Assembly (NCBI GenBank): GCA_046703525.1 | Contig: JBJKSW010000004.1 | Location: 11,638-75,637, forward strand | Reading direction: 5' to 3' | DNA length: 64,000 bases | Source: Thermoplasmataceae archaeon | GTDB lineage: Archaea; Thermoplasmatota; Thermoplasmata; Thermoplasmatales; Thermoplasmataceae | Shown here: positions 44,156-54,131 of the stretch, one piece after another | Position numbering within the stretch: the stretch's first letter is position 1 | How the letters are laid out: each line of letters begins with the position of its first letter | The notes under the pieces: generated by a model | Database searches by the model: none | What the model was told of the DNA's origin: nothing | What the model saw: only the letters and a program-made list of their open reading frames with translations | Position numbers and translations under genes: made by a program

Positions 44156-44887
44156 ATGGGAGAATTTGAAGAAGCTGTCAAACAGGGAGATTCGTTCTAC
44201 GACAAGGGTAAATTTCTGGATGCCGTCAGATCGTACCTGAAGGCCCTTGAACTCGACGTGAAGGATGACCAGTCTATGGCAGACCTTCACTACAAACTGT
44301 CACAGGGATTCCACGAAATGGACAGGAAGAGGACAGATGAATCAATACAGCATGGAACTGCCGCACTGGAACTGCACAGGAAGATTTCAGACCAGGAATC
44401 CGTTGTGGGGGATCTTCTCAACCTTGCTTACATAATGCTGGACGTCAAGGATGACAAGACAGCGGAGGAATACGTAAACACAGCTCTCAAGGAAGCAAGC
44501 GGACGCGAAGACCTTGAAGTGGAAGTGAAGCTGACTCTTGCGGACATGTATTCCTCAAGCAAGAGGAAGAGAAATGATGCCCTCAAACTCTATGAGGAAA
44601 TTGCCAGGACATCAAGCGAAGCGGGCCTCCACGATTCTTACTTTGCAGCCTATTACGGGATCATAAGCATCAGGAGAGACAGCGGAGATGTCGATGGTGC
44701 ATTCAAGATGGCGATGAAGTCGCTCGATGACATTGATTCCCTTTGTGCCCAGATAAAGAACAAGAAGGAGAGGGCAAACGTGAAGAAATCTCTCTCTTTC
44801 ATGTATGACATGGCTTCTGATCTCGCCATGGACCTTGAGAACATAAGCCAGGCAATTGAGATAGCGGAGAGGATGAAAAAAGAGTGA
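44156..44887 (+). CDS. Tetratricopeptide-repeat (TPR) protein
   Basis: It shows repeated A/Y/L heptad TPR patterns (..GDSFYDKGKFLDAVRSYLKALEL..). The track start is GTG 44129; an ATG lies at 44156. Confidence 0.6.
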   Translation: MGEFEEAVKQGDSFYDKGKFLDAVRSYLKALELDVKDDQSMADLHYKLSQGFHEMDRKRTDESIQHGTAALELHRKISDQESVVGDLLNLAYIMLDVKDDKTAEEYVNTALKEASGREDLEVEVKLTLADMYSSSKRKRNDALKLYEEIARTSSEAGLHDSYFAAYYGIISIRRDSGDVDGAFKMAMKSLDDIDSLCAQIKNKKERANVKKSLSFMYDMASDLAMDLENISQAIEIAERMKKE

Positions 44888-44889
44888 AA

Positions 44890-45360
44890 TCACTGCCTGA
44901 TTTCTTCCAGGAACTGTGATATTTCTATGCCTTCTTCCTGAAGCACCGCAAGGAGCGCAATCTCGAACCCAAGGTAATGCATCTGTTCGTTGAGTTCCTT
45001 GGCTTTTCTCGCTGCGTCCTCCTTTCTGAGTTTACCGGAGGCGGCAACTGCGTCAAGCATCCTGTCAACAAGCGGCTTTTCCCTGTCAGTATACAGTTCA
45101 TCGAGCTCAATTACAAAATCAAGCGGCACAATTATTCCGCTGACACTGAAATTCGGTACATAATCATCCCCGTTCTGGTTCAGTATCTTCTCTTCCACCG
45201 CCTTTCTGACAAATTTTTCTACTTCATCGGCCGGAAGGAGATTTTTCCTGAAGTTTATTTCTTTTATGAAGTCCTGGAGTTTCAGAGTGCTGCTGCCCTT
45301 CCTGGCCGAAGACACAAGTGCAACGATTTTACGGGCGATGTCTTTGTTCACAACCCGCAC
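44890..45360 (-). CDS. Conserved archaeal hypothetical protein (possibly DUF2240-like)
   Basis: The 156-aa ORF has a GTG start and helical, charged composition. The family assignment is tentative and from memory. Confidence 0.45.
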   Translation of the reverse strand: MRVVNKDIARKIVALVSSARKGSSTLKLQDFIKEINFRKNLLPADEVEKFVRKAVEEKILNQNGDDYVPNFSVSGIIVPLDFVIELDELYTDREKPLVDRMLDAVAASGKLRKEDAARKAKELNEQMHYLGFEIALLAVLQEEGIEISQFLEEIRQ

Positions 45361-45467
45361 ATGCGCTTCATATAAAGTAATGTTTCGATGAGTCCCGCAT
45401 GATTGTGCTCTATTTTATTATTTAAGAATCACACAAAGTTTTGATAATAAGTTGTGTTTACTAAGTT

Positions 45468-46451
45468 GTGCTATCCGATTCATGGGGGAGACAGGTTACC
45501 AGTCTCAGAATTCAGCTTAATACCCTCTGCAACTTCAAGTGCATTTTCTGCCACATGGAAGGTACGCCTGTCAACGGCGAGCAGATGTCCCCGGAGGAAA
45601 TAGAAAGAGTTCTCAGGATAGCACACGGCATGGGAGTCAACAAGGTGAAATTCACCGGCGGAGAACCGCTTCTGCGTAGAGACATTGTTGAAATCATATC
45701 AAGAACAAGATCTGTCATCTCAGGAGACATATCTCTTACCACAAACGGCACCATGCTAAAGAACAGGGCCCTCTCCCTGAAAGAAGCGGGCCTGGACAGA
45801 ATAAACATTTCCCTTCACTCCATTGAAAGGTCGGAATTCCAGTTCATCACAGGCACTGATGCGATTGACAGGGTCCGTGAAGGAATAAGGGCTGCAAAGG
45901 AAGCAGGTTTTGACAGGATGAAAGTCAACTTTGTCGTATTGAAGGGAGTCAACATAGACCAGATTCCGAAAATGATAGATTTCTGCGCTGAAGAGGATGT
46001 AACACTGCAGCTGATTGAGTATGAGACCACGAAGGACAATGAGAACAGTGAAGAATTCCTGAAATACCATATTGATCTCGAAGTAATAGAGGAACAGATT
46101 GCCCCGGAGGCAATACTCCTGGAAAAGAACGAATTGCACAGCAGGCCTGTCTATACCATAAGGAATAATGGAAAACTCGTCAGGATTGAGTTTGTGAAGC
46201 CCATGCATAACAGTGAGTTTTGCATGAACTGCACCAGGCTCAGGCTGACTGCCGACGGAAAGCTGAAAACGTGCCTGATGGTCGATAACGACTACCTGGA
46301 CATAGGCACGGAAATCAGAAGTTCAAACAGGACAGACGAACTGAAGAGAATCTACACGGAGAGCGTTAAGTCCAGGAAACCGTACTGGAGGGATGCAAAT
46401 GATAGTAGAAGTGAAGTTTTTTGCAAGGTACCGAGAAATAACGGGAATTGA
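45468..46451 (+). CDS. moaA: GTP 3',8-cyclase (radical SAM Moco biosynthesis protein A)
   Basis: It has the CNFKCIFCH radical-SAM cluster, ..KFTGGEPLLR.., and the C-terminal auxiliary cluster C..C..C (CMNCTRLRLTADGKLKTC). The start codon is GTG. Confidence 0.9.
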   Translation: MLSDSWGRQVTSLRIQLNTLCNFKCIFCHMEGTPVNGEQMSPEEIERVLRIAHGMGVNKVKFTGGEPLLRRDIVEIISRTRSVISGDISLTTNGTMLKNRALSLKEAGLDRINISLHSIERSEFQFITGTDAIDRVREGIRAAKEAGFDRMKVNFVVLKGVNIDQIPKMIDFCAEEDVTLQLIEYETTKDNENSEEFLKYHIDLEVIEEQIAPEAILLEKNELHSRPVYTIRNNGKLVRIEFVKPMHNSEFCMNCTRLRLTADGKLKTCLMVDNDYLDIGTEIRSSNRTDELKRIYTESVKSRKPYWRDANDSRSEVFCKVPRNNGN

Positions 46452-46638
46452 GGCAGAAGAACTGGAAACAGCTGCTGCAGACCTGGAGGGCTTTATGCTT
46501 GACCTGTTCAGGAAATATCCTAAGCTTTCCTCTGAAAAGAATATGCTTGTCGCAGTTAATGAGGCTTTTGCAGATCCAAAAGCTCCCCTGAACGAGGGTG
46601 ACACAGTGGCAGTCCTTCCGCCGGTGAGTGGTGGATAG
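46399..46638 (+). CDS. moaD: Molybdopterin synthase sulfur-carrier subunit / ubiquitin-like small modifier (MoaD/SAMP-like)
   Basis: The sequence MIVEVKFFARYREITG...GDTVAVLPPVSGG ends in the diglycine. A GGAGG lies 7 nt upstream of ATG 46399; an alternative ATG is at 46393. It overlaps the moaA 3' end. Confidence 0.85.
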   Translation: MIVEVKFFARYREITGIEAEELETAAADLEGFMLDLFRKYPKLSSEKNMLVAVNEAFADPKAPLNEGDTVAVLPPVSGG

Positions 46639-46671
46639 TTATGGCAGCCCGCGACGGGAGTTGATTTTTCT

Positions 46672-47400
46672 TTGAGGACTGACAGGTACCGCGGGCAGAT
46701 AGTACTGCCTGAGATTTCTCTTGAGGGCCAGAAGAAACTGGGAAAAAGCAGAGTTACCATAGTTGGAATGGGTGGCACCGGATCCATGGCGGCAGAAATT
46801 TTTTCAAGAATAGGGACAGGATACCTGAGGCTTATAGACGGAGACAGGGTGCACGAATCGAACCTGCACAGGCAGATACTGTATGATGAAGGAGACCTGG
46901 GTTCATACAAGGCCGTCAGTGCCGCCAGGAGGCTCAAGTCCGAGAACAGTGAAGTTGAAATTGATGCCAGGACTGAATTCCTGGACGGTGAAAATGCAGA
47001 AAGACTTCTTTCCGGCTCAGACCTCATTTATGACGGCACAGACAACATTGCTTCAAGGAGAGCAATAAACAGCGCATCAATATCACTCAGAATACCATGG
47101 ATCATGAGTTCTGCAATAGAATACTACGGCCAGGTGAAGGCGATAATTCCTGGCAAGACGTCATGCCTCTCGTGCATGAACTATCCGGAGGAGGAAGCAG
47201 CACTATCCTGCAGCGAACAGGGCATATTTCCCTCAGTTCTTCTGTGGGTCACTTCTATCGGAATAACAGAGGCTGTGAACATAATTCTCAACCGGGAAGT
47301 CAACGGAGACTTCTACCATGTGGATGTCAAAAGGTTAGACATGCAGAGGATCAGGGCCGAAAGGAATGCATCTTGCAGTGAATGTTCATCCATAAGGTAG
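46672..47400 (+). CDS. moeB: MoeB/ThiF/UbaA-family E1-like adenylyltransferase
   Basis: It has RYRGQIVLPEISLEGQKKL, the nucleotide loop IVGMGGTGS, and CxxC pairs (CLSC; CSEC). The start codon is TTG. Confidence 0.85.
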   Translation: MRTDRYRGQIVLPEISLEGQKKLGKSRVTIVGMGGTGSMAAEIFSRIGTGYLRLIDGDRVHESNLHRQILYDEGDLGSYKAVSAARRLKSENSEVEIDARTEFLDGENAERLLSGSDLIYDGTDNIASRRAINSASISLRIPWIMSSAIEYYGQVKAIIPGKTSCLSCMNYPEEEAALSCSEQGIFPSVLLWVTSIGITEAVNIILNREVNGDFYHVDVKRLDMQRIRAERNASCSECSSIR

Positions 47401-47402
47401 AT

Positions 47403-47891
47403 TCATTTCCTGTTTGCTTCGTGGTGCGCATGAAAGGCCATTTCAAGCACAAGAGGAATTCCTGTTTCCTGGGCATCGGGTGAACCGGGAAGGCAGAAAA
47501 TGATTTTTCCCCCGTATGAAAACATGGAAGCATCTGAAAGATAGGCAACACTTTTGCCTGACCTGCTCCTGAAGAGTTCACCGAAGCCTGCAACTTCTTT
47601 GTCTGCTATCTTCCTGATGGATGAGGGCGTCAGGTCATACCTGCTGAGTCCTGTACCTCCCATATAGACAAAGCAGTCATAATCATCCATGTTCTTGAGC
47701 AGGGTGAACAGGATCTCCCTTTCATCGTCCTTCACAACTGTACGGGCGTGTTCCAATCCGTTCTCTTCCATGATACTGCCGGCTCTTTCGCCTGTGGTAT
47801 CATTTTCAGCGCTTCTCGTTGTGGAAACAGTGACAAGGAGAAATTTCAGGTCTTTCCTGTCTTCTGAGAAGTGCGTGTGGTGATGGCTCAT
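47403..47891 (-). CDS. moaB: Molybdenum cofactor biosynthesis protein B (MoaB/Mog family)
   Basis: It has ..LVTVSTTRS.., ..D..G.. and VYMGGTGLSRYDLT, typical of the MoaB/MogA fold. It overlaps moaC by 4 nt. Confidence 0.85.
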   Translation of the reverse strand: MSHHHTHFSEDRKDLKFLLVTVSTTRSAENDTTGERAGSIMEENGLEHARTVVKDDEREILFTLLKNMDDYDCFVYMGGTGLSRYDLTPSSIRKIADKEVAGFGELFRSRSGKSVAYLSDASMFSYGGKIIFCLPGSPDAQETGIPLVLEMAFHAHHEANRK

Positions 47892-48319
47892 ATTGGTTCC
47901 TTCGTCTTTTCCGTGACTCTAATCTCACTTATGCGTGTCTCCGGATAGTTTCCCGTCTTGTCCTTTTCCAGATACTTCACCATGTCCCAGACGTTGAGGA
48001 GTGAGCCGCTCACGCATGATAGGGCCTCCATTTCAACTCCTGTTCCATATGACGCAGAAACTTCGCACCTGAACTTTATGCTTTCTTCACCGATTTCAGC
48101 ATCAGCTTCAACGTATTCAAGCGGTATCTGATGGCAGTGCGGAATAAGGTCCCAGGTTCTCTTAGCCCACTGGATGCCTGTAGTCTTTGAAATTTCTATG
48201 ACGTCACCCTTTTTCACCTTTCCATCAAGGATGGCATGGATTGTTTCTTTTCTCAGCTTTATGGTGCCCTCTGCAGTCGCCTTCCTCTTCACGATGGGCT
48301 TTTCAGAGATATCAATCAT
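47888..48319 (-). CDS. moaC: Cyclic pyranopterin monophosphate synthase accessory protein
   Basis: MIDISEKPIVKRKATAEG.., ..IPHCHQIPL.. and ..TGVEMEALS.. are MoaC hallmarks. The track start is TTG 48361; an ATG lies at 48319. Confidence 0.9.
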   Translation of the reverse strand: MIDISEKPIVKRKATAEGTIKLRKETIHAILDGKVKKGDVIEISKTTGIQWAKRTWDLIPHCHQIPLEYVEADAEIGEESIKFRCEVSASYGTGVEMEALSCVSGSLLNVWDMVKYLEKDKTGNYPETRISEIRVTEKTKEPI

Positions 48320-48379
48320 GAAAGGACATTCATTGAAAAATATTAAAGATGCTATTCTCAAATTCTCTGTTTCTGGAAT

Positions 48380-48991
48380 TTATCGGCTGCCAAACCTGTT
48401 AACATCAGACCTTACGTCAATATCAATGATGTCGCTCTCTTTCAGTTCCACAGGCACGACATTCCCGAATCCCCGTATGATAGCTCTCGCGCCAAAGTCA
48501 CCGCTCAGTTTTTTCATCTCTCCAAACAGGGACCGTGGAAAAACTGCGGGCACCATGAATTCATTCCTGACCATGCCTGATATTATTGATTCTGGATTTT
48601 TCCGGCTCAATTCAGTGAACTTTTCAATGATTCCTGAAGTGATGTTTGGCATATCACCGAGCATCACAAGGGCAGCATCAGCGTGTTTGGAGGCTTCCTG
48701 GATGCCGAGCCTGACTGAATAGCTCAGGCCGGCAGCCGGATTGTTGTTTATTACTACACTGATTCCGTTCGTGTCCTTAAATGATCCAGCTGTCTCGCCT
48801 GAAATGACAAGTATTACCGAATCCACGGGCGAATTCCTGGCTGCGTCCACCACATGCTGCAGCACTGTCTTGCCCCTGATCTCGGCCAGAAGCTTGTTCC
48901 CTCCAAATCTCCTGGAGGAGCCGGCTGCAAGAATGACTGCACTTATATGCATCTGACCCGGAATTGCAGAACAGGTCATAACTCTGTCCAT
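48380..48991 (-). CDS. MobA/MocA-family molybdenum cofactor nucleotidyltransferase (MocA-like, probably cytidylyltransferase)
   Basis: It has AVILAAGSSRRFGGNKLL. NNNPAAGLSYSV and MLGDMPNITSGIIEKF resemble MocA (HNPDYAQGL; HGDMPTL) more than MobA. Alternative ATG starts lie at 48979 and 48952. Confidence 0.75.
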   Translation of the reverse strand: MDRVMTCSAIPGQMHISAVILAAGSSRRFGGNKLLAEIRGKTVLQHVVDAARNSPVDSVILVISGETAGSFKDTNGISVVINNNPAAGLSYSVRLGIQEASKHADAALVMLGDMPNITSGIIEKFTELSRKNPESIISGMVRNEFMVPAVFPRSLFGEMKKLSGDFGARAIIRGFGNVVPVELKESDIIDIDVRSDVNRFGSR

Positions 48992-49012
48992 TGCCCTTGA
49001 TCCGAACGTTTA

Positions 49013-51670
49013 TCATGTTTCCGTAATGGCATCCTTAACCTTTCCGGCATTCTTGCCTGAGTGGCTGGAGATCTTCAGGATTTCCAGCCATGATGTCGAA
49101 GCGAAGGATGCTATGGCCACAAGCAGCCAGTCAAGAGGAGTCAGGGACTGCGTGCTCACTATTACCTGCAATTCCGGGAAAGCTGTTATGACAAAAAGAA
49201 GTACTGCAACTGCCATTGCCCATATCAGAATGGGCGTGTTCGAGAAGAAGCCCCTTCTGAATACCGGCTCCCTCTCTGTGCGGAAGTTCTGGGCCAGGAC
49301 TATCTGGGCGATGACCCATGTCGCAAAGGCGGTTGTTTGTGCCTCAACAGGCCCTCCATTACTGTAATATTCCCAGAGATAGAGAAGAACCACTGAAATT
49401 ATCATGCCGGAAGTCCCGCCCGCGATCAGCTTTGCCAGCGTTCTGTCTATGAATTTTTTCCCCTGTCTGCGTGGCCTTTCAGTCATGAAGCTTTTCTCAG
49501 GCTTTTCGGAGAGGAACCCCCAGAGGGCCCCTATGTCCATGAATATTTCCAGCAGTATTATCTGTATGGGAGAAAAAGGAAAAGGAATTCTGAGAATCAG
49601 CGGAACAACCAGAATTCCAACCAGGGCAAACTGAACAGTCATGTAGAATGATACTCCCTTCCTGAGAGTGTGGTAAATGTTCCTGCCGATCCTTACAGAT
49701 TCAACTATGGTGGAAAAATTGTCGTCAGCCAGTATTATGTCTGCTGATTCTTTGGCCACATCCGTTCCCCTTTCACCCATTGCGATTCCAATCTGTGCAG
49801 CCTGAAGTGCCGGTGCATCGTTGACGCCGTCTCCTGTAACTGCAACAATTTCTCCCATGTCCTCCAGAATCCGAACTAGCCTCAACTTGTCCTCTGAAGT
49901 AATCCTGGCGAAAACCGAGAACCTGTTTATTGAAGTGCTCAGTTCCTGGTCTGTCATCTCTGTCATTTCACTTCCGGTCACGACTCCTGAATTTCCTTCC
50001 AGACCAACCATTCCTGCAACTGCCCTGGCTGTTTCCGGATGGTCTCCCGTCAGCATAATGACCTTTATTCCTGCCCCCTGGCACTCCTTGATCGCCTGCC
50101 TTACTTCCTTTCTTGGCGGGTCGATGAAGCTGATTATTCCTGCAAAGGTCAGGCCATTCTCCAGAACATTCCTGTCTTCAGACTCCGTGCAGTTCTCCCT
50201 GTAGGCTATAGCGATAGTGCGTTCGCCCATTCTAGAAAGTTGTTCAAGTGCTGAAATGGCGGATATAGAATCTTCGTCCAATAGAGGCCGTGCGGCACCT
50301 CTTTCAACCACGGACACGGACCTGCTGAGTATTACCTCGGGGGCCCCGCTTGCAAACAGGGTCAAGCTGTCCCCCTCCCTGTAAAGGCATGAGGATATTT
50401 TCAGCCTGTTGTCAAAGCTGAACTGGTCCACGAACCTGAACCTGCTTCTGAGGCTTCCGAAGTCGATCCCCAATTCAATGGAGGCATTGTAAACCGCTAT
50501 TTCCATAGGATCGCGGTGCTTCTTGAAATCTGAAATGCGCAGCAACTGGTTGGCAGCGGCAAGGTTGGCCCCTGCAAGAATCGGCATTTCTCTGTCGGAT
50601 AATTCGTTTATATCTCCGTCAGGTGTATAAAAGTGTTTCACTGTCATGAGATTCTCTGTCAGAGTGCCTGTTTTGTCGGTTGCAATGACTGTCACGTTCC
50701 CTAGAGTCTCTGCTGCGCGCAGGTTCTTGACAATGGCATTTTTCCGGGTAAGTGCGTAGGCGCCCAGAGCAAGCGTCAGGGATACGATTACCGGCAGTTC
50801 TTCCGGTATTATTGCAAAGGCAAGCGAAAGCCCAGTCAGGATCATCAGCCTGGGGTCACTGCCCTGGATATATCCTGCGAGAGGTATAACTATGCTGAAC
50901 GCTGCTGCAATGTATGCAAGAATCACCGTCAGCCTGTTCAGGGAAGACGCCAATGGCGTCGGAGGCTCCTCAGCTTCCTCCACCATGCCCGTAATCCTGC
51001 CGATCTCTGTCCTGATTCCGGTTGAAGTGACGATTGCCCTTCCATTCCCCTGAACCGCCAGTGTGCCGGCGAATATCATGTTCACGGGATCCCCGGGTTG
51101 TGAGGAGTCATTTACGAATTCTGAATCCTTCAGCACCGGGAAAGACTCTCCGGTCAGGGATGATTCATCAACTTTGAGCCCGAACTCCTCCACCAGCCTT
51201 GCATCCGCAGATATCCTTTCTCCGGCTGAAACCAGCATGATGTCCCCTGGCACCAGTTCAAACGAAGAAATTTCTTTCACCTGGCCGCCTCTGATTACTG
51301 AAGAATGCGGAGAAGTAAGGTTTCTCAGGGCTTCCATAGATTTCCTTGCCCTGTTTATGCTGTATACCTCAATTGTAACAACGAGTGAGACAATTACGAC
51401 AATAGTAAGTGTATCTTCAGGGTTTCCAAGGAACGTGTAGATTATTCCCACAAGAACAAGCACAAGGATCATTGGCTCTTTCAATTGCTGCAGTATGATT
51501 CTGAGCAGAGACGGCTGCCTGTATGTTGCCTGCCTGTTATGCCCGAATTTCTTCAGCCTTGACTGTGCTTCCTCATGCTCAAGGCCACGTTCTGCGTCTG
51601 TTGAGAGCATCTTCGCAGTGTCTTCAACAGTGGCTGCTGACCATGACTCCATCCCCTCAGGACCGCCCAT
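49013..51670 (-). CDS. P-type cation-transporting ATPase (P2-like, Ca2+/Mg2+/Na+-type; ion not assignable)
   Basis: The motifs are LTGESFPV, DKTGTLT, MLTGDHPETA and VTGDGVNDAPAL, with TM4 IPEELPV, about 10 TM helices and 885 aa. Confidence 0.9.
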   Translation of the reverse strand: MGGPEGMESWSAATVEDTAKMLSTDAERGLEHEEAQSRLKKFGHNRQATYRQPSLLRIILQQLKEPMILVLVLVGIIYTFLGNPEDTLTIVVIVSLVVTIEVYSINRARKSMEALRNLTSPHSSVIRGGQVKEISSFELVPGDIMLVSAGERISADARLVEEFGLKVDESSLTGESFPVLKDSEFVNDSSQPGDPVNMIFAGTLAVQGNGRAIVTSTGIRTEIGRITGMVEEAEEPPTPLASSLNRLTVILAYIAAAFSIVIPLAGYIQGSDPRLMILTGLSLAFAIIPEELPVIVSLTLALGAYALTRKNAIVKNLRAAETLGNVTVIATDKTGTLTENLMTVKHFYTPDGDINELSDREMPILAGANLAAANQLLRISDFKKHRDPMEIAVYNASIELGIDFGSLRSRFRFVDQFSFDNRLKISSCLYREGDSLTLFASGAPEVILSRSVSVVERGAARPLLDEDSISAISALEQLSRMGERTIAIAYRENCTESEDRNVLENGLTFAGIISFIDPPRKEVRQAIKECQGAGIKVIMLTGDHPETARAVAGMVGLEGNSGVVTGSEMTEMTDQELSTSINRFSVFARITSEDKLRLVRILEDMGEIVAVTGDGVNDAPALQAAQIGIAMGERGTDVAKESADIILADDNFSTIVESVRIGRNIYHTLRKGVSFYMTVQFALVGILVVPLILRIPFPFSPIQIILLEIFMDIGALWGFLSEKPEKSFMTERPRRQGKKFIDRTLAKLIAGGTSGMIISVVLLYLWEYYSNGGPVEAQTTAFATWVIAQIVLAQNFRTEREPVFRRGFFSNTPILIWAMAVAVLLFVITAFPELQVIVSTQSLTPLDWLLVAIASFASTSWLEILKISSHSGKNAGKVKDAITET

Positions 51671-51728
51671 AACCTGATAAAATCAGTTTCGGGCGGTATA
51701 ACCCTTTACCCAAAAAAATGACTCAGAA

Positions 51729-52172
51729 TCACTGTTTCCACACCCTGATTCTCCAGACAACAAGAAGACTTGTCACATAATTCATGGGGTATGCGGCAAG
51801 CGCACCCGCTATATTGGCAATGACCGGGTTAATGCCGAATGCATAGTATATGGCCAGCTGGACCAGTATTCCTACGGCACTCCCCGCAGCATATATGAGC
51901 TGAAACATCAGCATTCTGTAAAACAGGCCTCGCCTTCCACCCTCATGTACACCTTCATTTCTGACAGTCCACCACTCATTGAGGAAGAATCCGAAGGCAA
52001 CGCTCGTAAAGACAGCCGCAACGTTTACAGGAATTATGTAATAAAAGCCGGCTGTATAGAGGCCGAGAGCCAGTATTCCCTCTTCCACTCCGAAACTCAG
52101 GACGCTCACAGCTGAGTATTTTGAGCCCCTGATCAAGTTTGATGCAAGAACACCGCCTCTCTTCACGTTCAT
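51729..52172 (-). CDS. GtrA-family membrane protein
   Basis: It is 147 aa with four TM helices. FGFFLNEWWTVRN is the typical GtrA loop motif. Confidence 0.65.
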   Translation of the reverse strand: MNVKRGGVLASNLIRGSKYSAVSVLSFGVEEGILALGLYTAGFYYIIPVNVAAVFTSVAFGFFLNEWWTVRNEGVHEGGRRGLFYRMLMFQLIYAAGSAVGILVQLAIYYAFGINPVIANIAGALAAYPMNYVTSLLVVWRIRVWKQ

Positions 52173-52297
52173 ACCGGATTCTCCTTTATAGCCGGATTCT
52201 TTTCACTACGAAGCACGCACATGCAGTTTTGAAACCGCTGTGAACCACTTGTTTCCGTCTCACTGTACGCGTATGTCAAAGAATACACTTGACCCAA

Positions 52298-52327
52298 AAA
52301 AAGTGCTTTCCAAAAAGTGCTTTATAG
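52298..52327 (+). promoter_or_regulatory. Tandem direct repeat AAAAAGTGCTTT x2 (14-nt period), the second copy running into a TTTATAG TATA-like box upstream of xdhC
   Basis: It is seen directly, with copies at 52298-52309 and 52312-52323. The TATA-like element at 52321-52327 lies about 27 nt upstream of ATG 52351. Confidence 0.35.
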
Positions 52328-52350
52328 TCATTTTAACTAATAGTAGCAAG

Positions 52351-53202
52351 ATGGAAGACCCAGAATTTTTTGGAAAGGTAAGCGAACTTATTGCTTCCGG
52401 CGGTTCATTTGTGATTGCCACTGTTATATCTGCAGAAGGTTCAACGCTTGCAAAGCCAGGGTTCAAACTTCTCATGACGTCGGACAATGAAGTTGTCGCG
52501 GGTTCTCTGGGTGGTGGATGCCCCGAATCTGCAATAATCCCAACGGCTTCGGAAGCGATCAGGACCGGCGTTCCCAGGCTTCTCAAGGTTCATCTGGAGC
52601 AGAGCGAGAAAGCACTTGAAGCAATGCTTAAGCCTGCTGAAGGAAACGAGGTCTATGTTGAAACATTCTGCGGCGGCAACCTTTCCGTGTTTGTAGAGCC
52701 TTACACTCCAAAGAAAAGGGTCGTTCTGTTTGGTCAGGGGGGAAGAGACAGTGTGGAAGATGCCCTCCTGGACCTGCTCAGATGGTCTGGTTTCAACACT
52801 GTTCTAATTTCACCATCTCCTGATTCGCCTGAAAGGGCAGACAGCATCCTCGATTCCATAAATGAAGATCCGGAATTGTTTGAATTCCGGCCTTCAGATG
52901 CCGCAATAGTGCTCACCAAGGGCAATGAGGACATAAGGATTCTGGAGCTACTCAGCAGGCGGGACCTGCACTATGTGGGACTTCTGGCGAGCAGAAAGAG
53001 GTCACAGAAGGACAGGGAAGACCTAAAGCAAAAAGGGGTTTCTGAGGATTTCCTCAACACAATTCACACACCAATAGGTATTGACATAAATGCAATATCT
53101 CCCAGGGAGATAGCAATGAGTATTGTGTCAGAGCTGATAATGAGTCACAACGTAGGCAGGAGATCTAAAGACCGGAAGGCAGAACCGGAAAAAGCTCTGT
53201 AA
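52351..53202 (+). CDS. xdhC: XdhC/CoxI-family molybdoenzyme maturation (Moco insertion) protein
   Basis: It has ..SGGSFVIATVISAEGSTLAKPGFKLLM.. and the second Rossmann-like half ..VVLFGQGG... The conserved N-terminus begins at ATG 52351; the upstream 37 codons of the track ORF look non-coding. Confidence 0.8.
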   Translation: MEDPEFFGKVSELIASGGSFVIATVISAEGSTLAKPGFKLLMTSDNEVVAGSLGGGCPESAIIPTASEAIRTGVPRLLKVHLEQSEKALEAMLKPAEGNEVYVETFCGGNLSVFVEPYTPKKRVVLFGQGGRDSVEDALLDLLRWSGFNTVLISPSPDSPERADSILDSINEDPELFEFRPSDAAIVLTKGNEDIRILELLSRRDLHYVGLLASRKRSQKDREDLKQKGVSEDFLNTIHTPIGIDINAISPREIAMSIVSELIMSHNVGRRSKDRKAEPEKAL

Positions 53203-53247
53203 AGCTAAGTAGAAAAACTAATTATATCAAGAATTACTGCTAAGCCA

Positions 53248-54126
53248 ATGGCACTGACTCCACCTAAATTTGATTATATAAGGCCTGATTCAGTTGACAA
53301 AGCTATAGAATTGCTTTCTGACAATATGGGAAATGCTAAGCTCCTTGGAGGCGGACAGAGCCTTATCCCTCTCCTTAAGACCAGAATACTGACACTGGAG
53401 AAACTTATCGACATCGGAAATATGGCATCCCTGAACCACATCGGAAGGCGGGATTCCGGCTTTTCAATAGGCTCGACAACAAGGATTAACCAGCTTGAGG
53501 GTTCTCAGCTGGTAAGAGAAGAACTGAAGATGCTTCATGAGGCATCCGAGCAAATTGCAGACCCGCTGGTCAGGAACATGGGCACTGCAGGCGGGAATGT
53601 TTCTCACGCAGACCCGGGCAATGACCTTCCAGTGGTGATGCTTGCATACGGTGCATCCTTCACACTGCAGGGAAAAACGGGAGAGAGAAGGATAAAGGCA
53701 GACGATTATTTCGTTGGCCCGTTTGAGACCGCTGCAAAAGAAAATGAGGTCATGACTGAAATACTGATTCCTTCCCCTGTGAAGGGAGAAGGCTCTTCTT
53801 TCATGAAGGTGAAGAGGACGAGCGGAGACTTTTCGGTTGCAACTTCCTCTTCAAGAATCAGAGTCGGCGAAGACCTCAGGATTACTGATGCCAGGATTGT
53901 TGTCGGTTCTGCGACTCCGGCTCCATCCAGGCTCAAGAGCATTGAAGAAATGCTTGTGGACAGAAGGATAGATGCAGCCACTCTCACCGAAATCAGGAAG
54001 CTGGCAACAGAGGGCCTTGACATAATGGATGATGCGACAGTTTCAAGAGATTACAGGTTATTTTCAGTTTCAAACGCAGTTGCCAGATCAGTTGAAGTCT
54101 CTTACGGGAGGGCAACAGGCAGGTGA
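53248..54126 (+). CDS. Xanthine-dehydrogenase-family molybdoenzyme, FAD-binding medium subunit (CoxM/CutB-like)
   Basis: It has F.Y.RP.SVDKAIELL, AKLLGGGQSLIPLLK and GTAGGNVSHADP, at 292 aa. Confidence 0.85.
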   Translation: MALTPPKFDYIRPDSVDKAIELLSDNMGNAKLLGGGQSLIPLLKTRILTLEKLIDIGNMASLNHIGRRDSGFSIGSTTRINQLEGSQLVREELKMLHEASEQIADPLVRNMGTAGGNVSHADPGNDLPVVMLAYGASFTLQGKTGERRIKADDYFVGPFETAAKENEVMTEILIPSPVKGEGSSFMKVKRTSGDFSVATSSSRIRVGEDLRITDARIVVGSATPAPSRLKSIEEMLVDRRIDAATLTEIRKLATEGLDIMDDATVSRDYRLFSVSNAVARSVEVSYGRATGR

Positions 54127-54131
54127 TTATT

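Noticed and set aside
46323-47027. 234-aa ORF on the minus strand
   Set aside because: It lies antisense to the clearly recognisable moaA 3' end, moaD and moeB. It is Ser/Pro/Leu-rich and low in complexity, as is typical of shadow ORFs.
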